Under the pieces are notes generated by a model. That model had not been told where the DNA came from and ran no database searches. It was given only the letters and a program-made list of their open reading frames with translations. From Christensenellales bacterium (GTDB lineage: Bacteria; Bacillota; Clostridia; Christensenellales; JBMNTT01), in assembly GCA_050945875.1 (NCBI GenBank), contig JBMNTT010000001.1, positions 94,832-158,831 of the forward strand: a stretch of 64,000 nt of DNA, given 5' to 3'. This document shows positions 53,355 to 62,167 of this stretch, in pieces; the first letter of the stretch is position 1, and each line of letters opens with the position of its first letter. The translations under genes and the position numbers were made by a program.

Positions 53355-53511
53355 ATGAAAAGCCTCCTTTTAATGTATAATGTATCGATTGGGCCGGCGA
53401 TGCCGGGCCCGAATGGTCTTCTCGAGCGCCCCGAGAGCGGGCGATATTTGACCCCCGCGCCCTGGCTATGCTATCATGGAGCCAGTTTCAAGCGAAAGGA
53501 GTCCTCTTGTG

Positions 53512-53766
53512 ATGGAGACATACAAGCCCAAGGGCGTCTGCTCCACGCTGATCGAGTTCGAGGTGGAGAACGACATCATCACCCACTGCAAGTTCACCAA
53601 CGGCTGCCGGGGCAACACCACCGGCGTCGCCCGGCTGGTCGAAGGTTTCGAAATTCATGACGCCATCAAGCGTCTGAAAGGGATCCGCTGCCGGGGCAAT
53701 ACCTCCTGCCCGGATCAGCTGGCCCTGGCCCTGGAGGCCTATCTAGCCAAGCGGCAGAGCGCCTGA
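53512..53766 (+). CDS. TIGR03905 family TSCPD-domain protein
   Basis: GVCS, GC.GN, L.GIRC, TSCPDQLA. Confidence 0.9.
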   Translation: METYKPKGVCSTLIEFEVENDIITHCKFTNGCRGNTTGVARLVEGFEIHDAIKRLKGIRCRGNTSCPDQLALALEAYLAKRQSA

Positions 53767-53777
53767 CGCCCTGCGCC

Positions 53778-53806
53778 GGAGCCCCCCATCGGGGGCTTCT
53801 TTTTTA
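53778..53806 (+). terminator. Intrinsic terminator
   Basis: GGAGCCCCC-catc-GGGGGCTTC followed by a T-tract. Confidence 0.75.
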
Positions 53807-53878
53807 TGGACGGCGGCCCGGGCAAGCAGCTGCGCCGAGCTGGCGGCGATGCGCTCCCCGGGCGTCCGTCAGCGCCCG

Positions 53879-55663
53879 TCAGCCGTTGAGCTGCCGGGCG
53901 AAACGCTCCGCTCCCCGGGCGTCCATCAACGCCCGCACCCGAGCGCCCTCGGGCTCATAGTCCACCTGGAGCACCTGACCCATCTCGTGCAGTTGACCCA
54001 CCAGGGCGCTCTTGTCGTAGGGGATGAGATACTCCATCTGCCGGGCGACCCGGCTGAGGGCCTGGGCGATGGTCTGTCGCAGCTGTTCAAGCCCCTCGCC
54101 CTGCCGGGCGGAGATGCACACGCAGGGGGGCTCCAGGATGGGCAGCTGGTCGGCGTCGATCTGATCGATCTTGTTGAGCACGTTGATGCGGGGATGATCC
54201 CCCGCGCCCAGCTGATCGAGCACCTGCTCCACCACCCGCTTCTGCAGCGCCAGATCGGGCGCCGACGCGTCCATCACGTGCAGCAGCAGGTCGGCGTGCA
54301 CCGCCTCCTCCAGGGTGGCCTGGAAGGCTTGCACCAGGTCATGGGGCAGCTTGTGAATAAATCCCACGGTGTCCACCAACAATACGTCCACCCCGCCGGG
54401 CAGGCGCAGCCGCCGGGTCACCGGGTCCAAGGTCGCAAAGAGTTTGTCCTCGCTGAGCACATCGCTGCCCGTCAGGGTGTTGAGCAGGGTGGATTTGCCC
54501 GCGTTGGTGTAGCCCACCAGGGCGACGGTCAGCTGGGAGAGCTTATCCCGCCGGGAGCGGCGGACCTGGCGCTGGGCCGAGACCTTCTGGATTTCCTGGC
54601 CAAGCTCGTAGATGCGCCGCCGAATGCGCCGCCGATCGATCTCCAGCTTGGTCTCGCCCGGGCCGACCGTGCCGATGCCGCCGCCCAGCCGGGAGAGCAC
54701 CATACCCATGCCCGTCAGGCGGGGCAGGCGGTAGTTGAGCTGGGCCAGCTCCACCTGCAGCTTGCCCTCGCGGGTTTGCGCGCGCTTGGCGAAGATATCC
54801 AAAATCAGGCAGGTCCGGTCGATGACCCGACAGGACAGCACCCGCTCAATGTTGCGGGTCTGCGCGCCGGTCAGCTCCACGTCGAAGATAACCAGGTCCG
54901 CATCCAGGCTCTGGGCCAGCAGGGCGATATCCGCCAGCTTGCCGCTGCCCACCACCAGGGCGGGGTCGGGCTTGTCGCGCTTTTGCAGCACCTGACCCAC
55001 CACCTGGCCGCCCGCGGTGTCCGCCAGGCGACCCAGCTCGGCCAGGGAACCCTCGCCCAGCCCGTCGCCGGTCTCCAGCCCGATCAGGAGCACCCGCTCC
55101 TTGTCGGACTTTTTGACCTGGGTGGTGCGGGTAATCTCGCGCAGGTAGGCGTCCTCCCGCTCGATGGCCTCGAACAGCTCGGCGTCAGGCATGCGCCAGA
55201 CCAGTCCCGGGCCCCATAGCTGAAGCTCGCACCGGCCGGGCTCGCGCTCTTCGCCCAGGATGGCGACCTGGATGCCCGTGGGCTGTCCCTCGTCGGACAC
55301 GCCGACGGAGGCCATCGCGTCAAAGCGCATGCGCTGCAGGGCCTGCAGGTCCACGCTGGACAGGCGGGCGTCCCCGCCGGGATGGCTATGCACACAGCGC
55401 ACGCCCGAGAGGGTCCGATCCCCCCGGCGCAGGCGGATATCCGGCAGGTCCACCCGATCGGGCTCGCCTACCGTCACGTCCACCACCGCGCCGTCCCGGG
55501 CCAGGTAGAGAGAAATCTCCTTGCCCAGCAGATGGGTAAAGCGCACCAGCAGCCCAATCAATTCATGGGAAAGGAAGGCGTCGGCCTGGGCCTCCACCTC
55601 GTAAAACCCCTCCATCTGCTTGAGCCATTGGTCGCGGATGGATTGGGTGTTGCCTCCGATCAT
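53879..55663 (-). CDS. hflX: GTPase HflX, long form with N-terminal extension
   Basis: ILDIFAKRA..EGKLQVELAQ, GPGETKLE.DRR, GYTNAGKST, DTVGF, NKID. Confidence 0.95.
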   Translation of the reverse strand: MIGGNTQSIRDQWLKQMEGFYEVEAQADAFLSHELIGLLVRFTHLLGKEISLYLARDGAVVDVTVGEPDRVDLPDIRLRRGDRTLSGVRCVHSHPGGDARLSSVDLQALQRMRFDAMASVGVSDEGQPTGIQVAILGEEREPGRCELQLWGPGLVWRMPDAELFEAIEREDAYLREITRTTQVKKSDKERVLLIGLETGDGLGEGSLAELGRLADTAGGQVVGQVLQKRDKPDPALVVGSGKLADIALLAQSLDADLVIFDVELTGAQTRNIERVLSCRVIDRTCLILDIFAKRAQTREGKLQVELAQLNYRLPRLTGMGMVLSRLGGGIGTVGPGETKLEIDRRRIRRRIYELGQEIQKVSAQRQVRRSRRDKLSQLTVALVGYTNAGKSTLLNTLTGSDVLSEDKLFATLDPVTRRLRLPGGVDVLLVDTVGFIHKLPHDLVQAFQATLEEAVHADLLLHVMDASAPDLALQKRVVEQVLDQLGAGDHPRINVLNKIDQIDADQLPILEPPCVCISARQGEGLEQLRQTIAQALSRVARQMEYLIPYDKSALVGQLHEMGQVLQVDYEPEGARVRALMDARGAERFARQLNG

Positions 55664-55690
55664 CAAAGCCTCCTCATTCTGCGCACATGG

Positions 55691-55990
55691 CTATCGGCCG
55701 GATAGGCCCTCGCCCAGCTGCATCATCATCTCGCCCAGGGAGGGCATACTGCCCTTAAACAGCGCCTGGATCAGGTAGATCGCCAGCGCCCCCAGCAGGG
55801 AGAACCCCAGGGCCATGCCGACGCCCCGGGCGATGCCCGCCATAAATTGTACGCCGATCATGCGCCAGGGGCAGCGCTCGTAGCACAGCAGGGCCTGCAG
55901 GTTGTCCCGGGCCAACTTGCCCGCCACCTGATCCCGCTTGCGCAGCAGCCACCGCCGACGCGGTTTGGTTTCCTGTCGATCCTGGCCCAT
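55691..55990 (-). CDS. DUF5665-like small membrane protein
   Basis: P.RMI...F.AGIARG.G.ALG. Confidence 0.7.
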   Translation of the reverse strand: MGQDRQETKPRRRWLLRKRDQVAGKLARDNLQALLCYERCPWRMIGVQFMAGIARGVGMALGFSLLGALAIYLIQALFKGSMPSLGEMMMQLGEGLSGR

Positions 55991-56092
55991 TTTCGCATCC
56001 CTCCGGGCCTAGTATGCCGGGGGGCGCGGCCGCTCATGCGCAGGGCCTTCGCCTACGAAAAACGCCGCGGGCACGCTCCGCGGCACTTCGGT

Positions 56093-56686
56093 TCATGCTT
56101 GGGTGTCAAAATCGCCGCACTCCTCGGGCAGCTTGATCTCGGGCTCAACATCCGCGGCGCGATCCGCCACGGGGTTGGGCACTGGCCCGGGCATCGGCTC
56201 GGGCGCGGGCGGGGTGACCAGCTCCAGCTGTTTGAGCAGCATCGCGCGCACCTGCTCGCGGAAGGCGTCGTAGCCCACGCGCAGGGACTCGGCCTGGGCC
56301 TTGGTGGCCTCGGCCTCCTGGGCGGCCTGCTCCAGGATGCGCTGGGCCTCCAGCTGGGCGTCGGCCAAAATCGCGCTGGACTTGGCCCGCGCGCCGGAGT
56401 AGATCTCCTCGCGGGTGCGCTGGGCCATCAGCATGGTCTGCTTGATGGTCTCCTCCATCTCCTGGTAGACGTTGAGCTGGTGGCTGACCCTGTCGAGCTG
56501 TTGGCGCACCTGGCCCAGCTCGCCCTGCAGCTGCTGATTCTCCTCGCGCAGGCGAGCCTGCTGCCCCTCCGCCTCAGTCAGGGCCGCGCGCACCCGCTCG
56601 AGCAGGTCGTCCACCTGCTGGGGATTGTATCCGCGCATCACCCGGCCAAAGCCCTGGGCGTCCACATCCTGGGCGCGCATGCTCAT
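56093..56686 (-). CDS. divIVA: DivIVA domain cell division protein
   Basis: F....RGYNPQQVDDLL followed by a coiled coil; downstream of ylmH. Confidence 0.88.
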   Translation of the reverse strand: MSMRAQDVDAQGFGRVMRGYNPQQVDDLLERVRAALTEAEGQQARLREENQQLQGELGQVRQQLDRVSHQLNVYQEMEETIKQTMLMAQRTREEIYSGARAKSSAILADAQLEAQRILEQAAQEAEATKAQAESLRVGYDAFREQVRAMLLKQLELVTPPAPEPMPGPVPNPVADRAADVEPEIKLPEECGDFDTQA

Positions 56687-56712
56687 CCGCTCCATCTCCT
56701 TTATCCTCACCC

Positions 56713-57453
56713 CTACTGGGGAATAAACACCTCGACGCGCTGACGGCCCTTGCGGGTCTCCCCAGCGATCCCTTCAATCCGAATCCGGCCAAACCCTTTG
56801 ACCGAGTAGACATCCCCCTGGGCGACCGGCGCGTCCACCCGCAGCTCCTCCTGCCAGTTGCGCTGGACTTTGCCGGCGCGCACAGCCTCCTGGGCCTTGG
56901 CCCGCGACAGGCCCAACGCCTCCTGGATCAAGGCGTCCAGCCGCAGCGAGGCCAGCAGCAGGGTGCATCGCTTGCCCTCGGGTTCGGGGATCTCCACCGA
57001 ATCCAGGTCGACCGATTCCACCCGCAGGGCGGCCCGCCCGGCGCTGTCCAGGTCCCGCAGGATAACCTCCGCCGCCTGGGGCACGGCAAACAGATACGCT
57101 TGCCCGGGCAGCATCACGATATCCCCCAGCATCTCCCGGGTCATGCCCAGGCCCATCAGCGCGCCGAGCATATCCCGGTGGCCGGGATGGGCGTATTTCT
57201 CATGCCAGCGCGCCCGCAGCGCCATAACCGGCATCTGCCACAGCCCCTCGCGCTCGCCCAGCACCAACACCCGCCGCTCCGCGTAGGCGTACCCGCCCTC
57301 AAAGACCGCGGGCACATCGGGAAACTGCGCCAGCAGGCGCCGAGCCAGCTGCTGCTGCGCCGGGTCCATGAAACGCGTCGCCTGGGGCTGACCGCTTAGC
57401 TGCACCCGGCTGAGCTGGTCGCGCAGGCGGGCCTGCCATAGTTCGGCTTCCAT
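56713..57453 (-). CDS. ylmH: YlmH/Sll1252 S4-domain RNA-binding protein
   Basis: T.FMDP, GGY..AER, HRD.LGALM.LG..RE..GDI, SLRLD, SVKGFGR. Confidence 0.9.
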   Translation of the reverse strand: MEAELWQARLRDQLSRVQLSGQPQATRFMDPAQQQLARRLLAQFPDVPAVFEGGYAYAERRVLVLGEREGLWQMPVMALRARWHEKYAHPGHRDMLGALMGLGMTREMLGDIVMLPGQAYLFAVPQAAEVILRDLDSAGRAALRVESVDLDSVEIPEPEGKRCTLLLASLRLDALIQEALGLSRAKAQEAVRAGKVQRNWQEELRVDAPVAQGDVYSVKGFGRIRIEGIAGETRKGRQRVEVFIPQ

Positions 57454-57464
57454 CCGCGCGCCTC

Positions 57465-57767
57465 CTAAATCAGCGGCAGGCGGACCTGCCCCTTGAGCAC
57501 CAACAGGAGAATCAGAATGACCAACAGCTCCGCCAGCACCAGCACCGCCGCCATATCCAGGCGCTTTCCCTTGGCAAAGGCCATGCGATCGGCCAAGGCC
57601 TGCAGGCGCACAAACAGCGGACCCGTCAACCGGGCCAGCCATTTTCGCGCCCTGTGCTGGGCGGGGAGAAAAAAGCTCATTGCCAGCCGGGTTGCGACCA
57701 GGGCGATCAGGATCAGCGTAAAACCGATCAATCCCCACAGCACGCCCCAGCAGATATAAGCCGCCAT
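57465..57767 (-). CDS. YggT/YlmG family membrane protein (divergent)
   Basis: Two TM helices, LT.P and LD motifs; canonical position between sepF and ylmH. Confidence 0.65.
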   Translation of the reverse strand: MAAYICWGVLWGLIGFTLILIALVATRLAMSFFLPAQHRARKWLARLTGPLFVRLQALADRMAFAKGKRLDMAAVLVLAELLVILILLLVLKGQVRLPLI

Positions 57768-57770
57768 GGC

Positions 57771-58055
57771 TTACGCTTGCTCGTCGGGAGCGTCCACATC
57801 CCCGACGGTCTGGACGCCAGCCGGGGTAATCAGATACGTATACGACGCCATGCGCTGGATACTGCCCCCGGCAAAGTACACCCCGCCGCAGACGAAATCC
57901 AGCAGCCGGTTGGCGACATCCCGCGCCATCTGCGACAGGTCCAGGGTGACCATTTGGCCTTTCTGCAGGGCGTCGAGCACTTCGGCTGCCTCGTCATAAT
58001 CCTGGGGGCGGCAGATTCGCATCGTATCCGCCTGCTGGGCGCACATGGCACTCAT
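57771..58055 (-). CDS. Second, short SepF-domain protein
   Basis: P..YDEA, RLLDFVCGGVYFAGGSIQR, YLITP..V. Confidence 0.8.
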   Translation of the reverse strand: MSAMCAQQADTMRICRPQDYDEAAEVLDALQKGQMVTLDLSQMARDVANRLLDFVCGGVYFAGGSIQRMASYTYLITPAGVQTVGDVDAPDEQA

Positions 58056-58070
58056 CCTCTCGTGATGGAT

Positions 58071-58619
58071 TTAATCCCGGGTTCCGTTGGGATTGATGGT
58101 GTAGAAGCTGCGACCCTTGGACTCCTCAGAGATGTTGCCCGACACATCCACATTGGCCGGCGCCACCACGAAGATGCCCTTATCCACCCGCTGGATGCTG
58201 CCGTTGAGCGAGTAGATCGCCCCGCTGATAAAATCCAGCACCCGCTGGGCCGTATCGATCTCCAACACCGACAGGTTGACCACCACGGGCTTGCCCGCGC
58301 GCAGGTTGTCGATGACGTTCTGGGCGTCGTCGTAGGACAGGGGCTGATAGACGACCATCCTCATGGCATTGGTATTGGGCATTGCGACCACCTTTCCGCG
58401 GCTGCGCGAGGGGCGGGGCATCGGGGTCGGCTCAGGCTCATACTCGGGCTCAGCCTCGCGCTCCTCTCGGGCTGCGCGGCGACTTCCCCAGCGGGACGTC
58501 GGCTCCTCCTCGAGCTCCTCTTCCTCCTCATACGCATCATCATCGTACTGCTCGTCCTCCTCGTAGGTCTCCTCCAGCCCGATGAAATCCAGCATCTTAT
58601 TGAGAATCTTGTTCTTCAT
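58071..58619 (-). CDS. sepF: Cell division protein SepF
   Basis: N-terminal amphipathic helix (KMLDFIG), acidic linker, AQRVLDFISGAIYSLNGSIQRV. Confidence 0.92.
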   Translation of the reverse strand: MKNKILNKMLDFIGLEETYEEDEQYDDDAYEEEEELEEEPTSRWGSRRAAREEREAEPEYEPEPTPMPRPSRSRGKVVAMPNTNAMRMVVYQPLSYDDAQNVIDNLRAGKPVVVNLSVLEIDTAQRVLDFISGAIYSLNGSIQRVDKGIFVVAPANVDVSGNISEESKGRSFYTINPNGTRD

Positions 58620-59353
58620 GATAGGCCTTCCTCCTGCTCATTTTTGGGGTAGCTTCGTCCACCAAATATCGCCGTCCCAACCCGCACCAGGTTGGCCCCC
58701 TCCTCGATGGCGACCTCAAAGTCGCCGGACATGCCCATGCTCAACGTCCGCATCTCGACCCGCGGCAGCTCCAGCGCCGCCACGCGCTCAAACAGCGCGC
58801 GCATCCGGGCAAACACCGGGCGCACCTGCTCGGGATCCGGGGCATAGGGCGCAACGGTCATCAATCCCCGGACAGCAAGATGCGGGCATTGCGCCGAGAT
58901 TTCGCGGATGAGCTGCTCCGCCTGCTCGGCCGGCAGGCCCGCTTTGGTCGCCTCCTGAGCCATGTTGACCTCCACCAGCACCGGCAGGACCGGCCGGTCC
59001 ATGCGCGCGCACTGGCGCTCCAACTCGATGGCCAGGGGCATCCGGTCCAGTGAATGGACCATCGCCACCTTGTCTAGGATGTATTTTACCTTATTCTTCT
59101 GCAATTGTCCAATAAAGTGCCACTGAATTTGTTCCCCATATTGCGCACACGCTGGATATTTCTCGACAAGCTCCTGGGCCCGGTTCTCTCCAAAGGCCCA
59201 CTGGCCCGCCCGGACCGCCTCGAGCACATCCTCGGCGGGAAAGGTTTTACTGACCGCCACAAGCTGCACCGAGCCCGGCGCGCGGCCCGCTCGGCGTTCG
59301 GCCGCGGCGATGCGCGCGCGGACACGGTTGAGATTTTCCTGGATACTGGACAA
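58616..59353 (-). CDS. yggS: PLP homeostasis protein YggS/YlmE
   Basis: LVAVSKT, FGENRAQE, WHFIGQLQ.NK, LSMGMSGD, VRVGTAIFG. Confidence 0.95.
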   Translation of the reverse strand: MSSIQENLNRVRARIAAAERRAGRAPGSVQLVAVSKTFPAEDVLEAVRAGQWAFGENRAQELVEKYPACAQYGEQIQWHFIGQLQKNKVKYILDKVAMVHSLDRMPLAIELERQCARMDRPVLPVLVEVNMAQEATKAGLPAEQAEQLIREISAQCPHLAVRGLMTVAPYAPDPEQVRPVFARMRALFERVAALELPRVEMRTLSMGMSGDFEVAIEEGANLVRVGTAIFGGRSYPKNEQEEGLS

Positions 59354-59367
59354 AACGATCGGCCTCC

Positions 59368-60570
59368 TTACCGGGTCACGATGGGATCATTTTCCTTGAG
59401 GCTGTCGGCGATCACCGGGGCGACAATGGCGGTCTGTCCGTTGTCGATCCAGACCTTCACCTGCACCCGCTCCTCCTGGCCGCCCGCCCGGCGAACTTTG
59501 AGGGTGGCGATGCCGTCCTGCACCTTGATCCATTTGGAGGGGACCTTGAACCCCTCGTACTCTTTGGTCAGGGTGCAGGTCACCTCGCGCACGCTGAGGA
59601 ACTCCCCGATATCCTCCTGCACCATCAGGGCTATCAGGGTGGTGTTTTTCGTCTCGTCGTAGCGGCTGCTGATGGCCGTGGCTTCCGCCTGGCGTACCTC
59701 CATGCCTGAGAGCGTCAGGGTGAAGGCCTCGTTGGGCTGTACCGAACGGTTGCCCTCGGCCATCATCAGCACATACCAGCGGTTGCTGTTGACCAGGCGA
59801 AAGAGGGGCTGCTGGGTCTGGGCGTCGGTGGACTTGCGGCTCTTGGCCTGCTTGATGATGTTCTTCACGTCCGTGACGGTCATCTGCTCGATGGCCGACG
59901 GGGTCAGCAAGGTTTCGCAGCCATCGATATAGAAGCTGATCACCCCGGCCTGGTCGGCGGTGACCACCTCGCGCGCCTCGTTGGAGCGAGCCTGAAGCTC
60001 AGCCTCCCGGTCGTAGAGCTGCTGGAGCTTTTCATCGGCCTGGGCGGTCTTGTTCATATATGCCATGCGCTCGCCCATCTGCTGGCGCAGGGCGTTTTCC
60101 TGATCCAGCAGCGCCAGCGCGTCGCCCGCGCGCACGGTCTCGCCCAAGGTCAGCAAGGTCTGGGTGCGGGCCGCGTCCATGCTCGTCAGGTCTCGGTCCA
60201 CCACGTCTCCGAGCAGGTTCTGCTCCTGGTAAAGGCGGATCTCCTCGCGCACCGACTCGAGCTCCTGCAGGGTTTTCTCGCTGTAGCCCTGCTTGTAGAT
60301 CTGGCAGACGTCGGCGCCCTGGCTGATCCGGGAGCCCTCGGCCACGTCGTAGGTCACATGACCATAACTGTCGGCCAGTTTGACGGACTCCTCCCGCACG
60401 ATTACCGCCGGAAAGGACCACTGCTCATTCATCGCACCCCGACTGAGCGCCTCCGCTGGCGCCGGGGACAGGAAAAACCACAGCGCCGCCACGAGCACCA
60501 TCAGTCCCACCAGGATGAGAATAAACCGGCCCTTAATCCGGTATCCATGCCGGTATCGGCCTGCGGCCAT
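59368..60570 (-). CDS. Membrane fusion protein-like (HlyD-type) conserved protein
   Basis: N-terminal TM, IVREE, EG.RI..G, coiled coil, GVISFYIDGCE, G.KVP; precedes yggS. Confidence 0.75.
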   Translation of the reverse strand: MAAGRYRHGYRIKGRFILILVGLMVLVAALWFFLSPAPAEALSRGAMNEQWSFPAVIVREESVKLADSYGHVTYDVAEGSRISQGADVCQIYKQGYSEKTLQELESVREEIRLYQEQNLLGDVVDRDLTSMDAARTQTLLTLGETVRAGDALALLDQENALRQQMGERMAYMNKTAQADEKLQQLYDREAELQARSNEAREVVTADQAGVISFYIDGCETLLTPSAIEQMTVTDVKNIIKQAKSRKSTDAQTQQPLFRLVNSNRWYVLMMAEGNRSVQPNEAFTLTLSGMEVRQAEATAISSRYDETKNTTLIALMVQEDIGEFLSVREVTCTLTKEYEGFKVPSKWIKVQDGIATLKVRRAGGQEERVQVKVWIDNGQTAIVAPVIADSLKENDPIVTR

Positions 60571-60621
60571 GGCTGCACCTCCCGCAAAACTCGTCTTGAC
60601 AATCAAACTTATATTCTCGCT

Positions 60622-61317
60622 CTAGCGGAAATCTCCTGCTTCCAGATGGAGGGGAACCGCCTGGCAGAGGTCCATCCCCTCGGGGGATACCCGGGATTTG
60701 TGGGCCGCGACCCATACCCCCTGCGCCCGCGCCCAGCACAGCGCCCGGGCAAAATCGGGATCGGTGGCGTAGTTGGGCTCGAAAGCCTGGGCCTCCTGAC
60801 GCCCGATGACGAACAGCACGCCCGCCCGGTTCCCCTGGGCAACCTGGGCCGCCAGCTCCCGCAAATGCTTGACCCCCCGGGTGGTGGGCGCGTCGGGAAA
60901 GCACGCCCAACCGGACCGGATCAGCGTGACGCTCTTGACCTCCAGAAAGCAGGCTTGTCCGCCCATCCGGTAGGCCAGATCCACCCGGCTGCCGCCCATG
61001 GCGACCTCCCGGCGGATCTCCGACGCGCCGGGCTCGATCAGCCCCTGCTCCAGCGCCTCCTGGGCCAGGCGATTGGCCCGCACCGCGTGCACGCAAACCC
61101 ACTGGTCCCCATATCGAACCAACTCCAAGGTACAGGCCGTGGCCCGGCCCTCGGGCGCGGGCGCCACCATCAGCTCCGCCCCGGGCACCAGCAACTCGGC
61201 CATGCGCCCGCTGTTGGGCACATGGGCCCGGGCCTCCCCGCCCCGCCACTGAATCGCGGCGGCAAAGCGGTTGAGCCGCTGGATCAGCCGCGCCGGCTCC
61301 AATGCGTCGAATTTCAT
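60622..61317 (-). CDS. sfsA: DNA/RNA nuclease SfsA
   Basis: RLNRF, HVPNSGRM, SRVD, EVKSVTL, FPDAPTTRGVKHL. Confidence 0.94.
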   Translation of the reverse strand: MKFDALEPARLIQRLNRFAAAIQWRGGEARAHVPNSGRMAELLVPGAELMVAPAPEGRATACTLELVRYGDQWVCVHAVRANRLAQEALEQGLIEPGASEIRREVAMGGSRVDLAYRMGGQACFLEVKSVTLIRSGWACFPDAPTTRGVKHLRELAAQVAQGNRAGVLFVIGRQEAQAFEPNYATDPDFARALCWARAQGVWVAAHKSRVSPEGMDLCQAVPLHLEAGDFR

Positions 61318-61409
61318 GCGATTCCTCCCGCCGATTCCTTTAGCCTATCGCAGCGGCCGGTCGCTGTCAAGCAAAACGCCAGTATCTTTACAATTTCCAC
61401 AAAACCCTC

Positions 61410-61438
61410 TTGACACCGCATCGGGTTGATGCTACAAT
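61410..61438 (+). promoter_or_regulatory. Sigma-A promoter of the tRNA-Pro gene
   Basis: TTGACA-17-TACAAT. Confidence 0.8.
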
Positions 61439-61475
61439 ACACCTTGTCGCGAGACGGGGGCGGCAAATTGCATAT

Positions 61476-61552
61476 CTGGGTGTAGCGCAGTTTGGTAGCG
61501 TGCTTGAATGGGGTTCAAGAGGCCGGAGGTTCAAGTCCTCTCACCCAGACCA
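61476..61552 (+). tRNA. tRNA-Pro (anticodon GGG)
   Basis: CTGGGTG/CACCCAG acceptor stem plus ACCA; anticodon arm CTTGA-ATGGGGT-TCAAG; GGTTCAAGTCC T-arm. Confidence 0.96.
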
Positions 61553-61554
61553 TC

Positions 61555-61588
61555 GAAGTACCGGAAACGTTGAGTTTCCGGTACTTTT
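61555..61588 (+). terminator. Terminator after tRNA-Pro
   Basis: AAGTACCGGAAAC-gttga-GTTTCCGGTACTTTT. Confidence 0.85.
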
Positions 61589-61619
61589 CGCTTTCAGCAT
61601 CAAGGAAAGGGGGATCCAC

Positions 61620-62093
61620 ATGGCCATTCGCAGTTGCGCCAAGGCCTTGATCCTGCGACAGGGGCGGTTGCTCCTGATTCGCTGCCGCCGGGAGGATGGG
61701 TCGTTGTCCTACGACCTGCCCGGCGGCGGTCAGCGGCCCCGGGAAACCCTGGAGCAGACCGTCGCGCGCGAGGTGTTGGAGGAGACCGGCTATCGGGTCC
61801 ACGGCCTAAGCTTCGCCGCCCTGGCCGAGGAAATCCATGAAGACCCCGCGCGCTGGGCCGCGTACCCAGACTACGCTCAGCGGGTGCTGCACATCTTCTG
61901 GGCGGAGCTGGAGCAGGACCAGCCCGTCGCGCCCAGCGAGGAGGACCTTGGCCAGGAGGCCGCCGTGTGGGTGCCGACGGATGAGGTGGCCATGCTGCCC
62001 AATTTGCATCCGAGCGGCCTGCAGGGGATTTTCAGCGACATGCTCCGCGACCGGACGCCCCGCTACCTGGGATGCGTACACATTTGCGGATAA
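61620..62093 (+). CDS. NUDIX hydrolase
   Basis: Nudix box GGGQRPRETLEQTVAREVLEETGY. Confidence 0.9.
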   Translation: MAIRSCAKALILRQGRLLLIRCRREDGSLSYDLPGGGQRPRETLEQTVAREVLEETGYRVHGLSFAALAEEIHEDPARWAAYPDYAQRVLHIFWAELEQDQPVAPSEEDLGQEAAVWVPTDEVAMLPNLHPSGLQGIFSDMLRDRTPRYLGCVHICG

Positions 62094-62167
62094 TCCATCT
62101 TGCTTTTCCCCCTTTCTTCTTATAGTATGGAATCGGTACCTATACATATCCAGAAAGGGTGTTGAAG

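Noticed and set aside
61553-62093. Integrated element at tRNA-Pro
   Set aside because: No integrase, att duplication or compositional shift; only a terminator and a NUDIX gene.
62094-62167. Purine riboswitch before the permease-PRTase pair
   Set aside because: The intergenic region is too short and lacks the conserved core.
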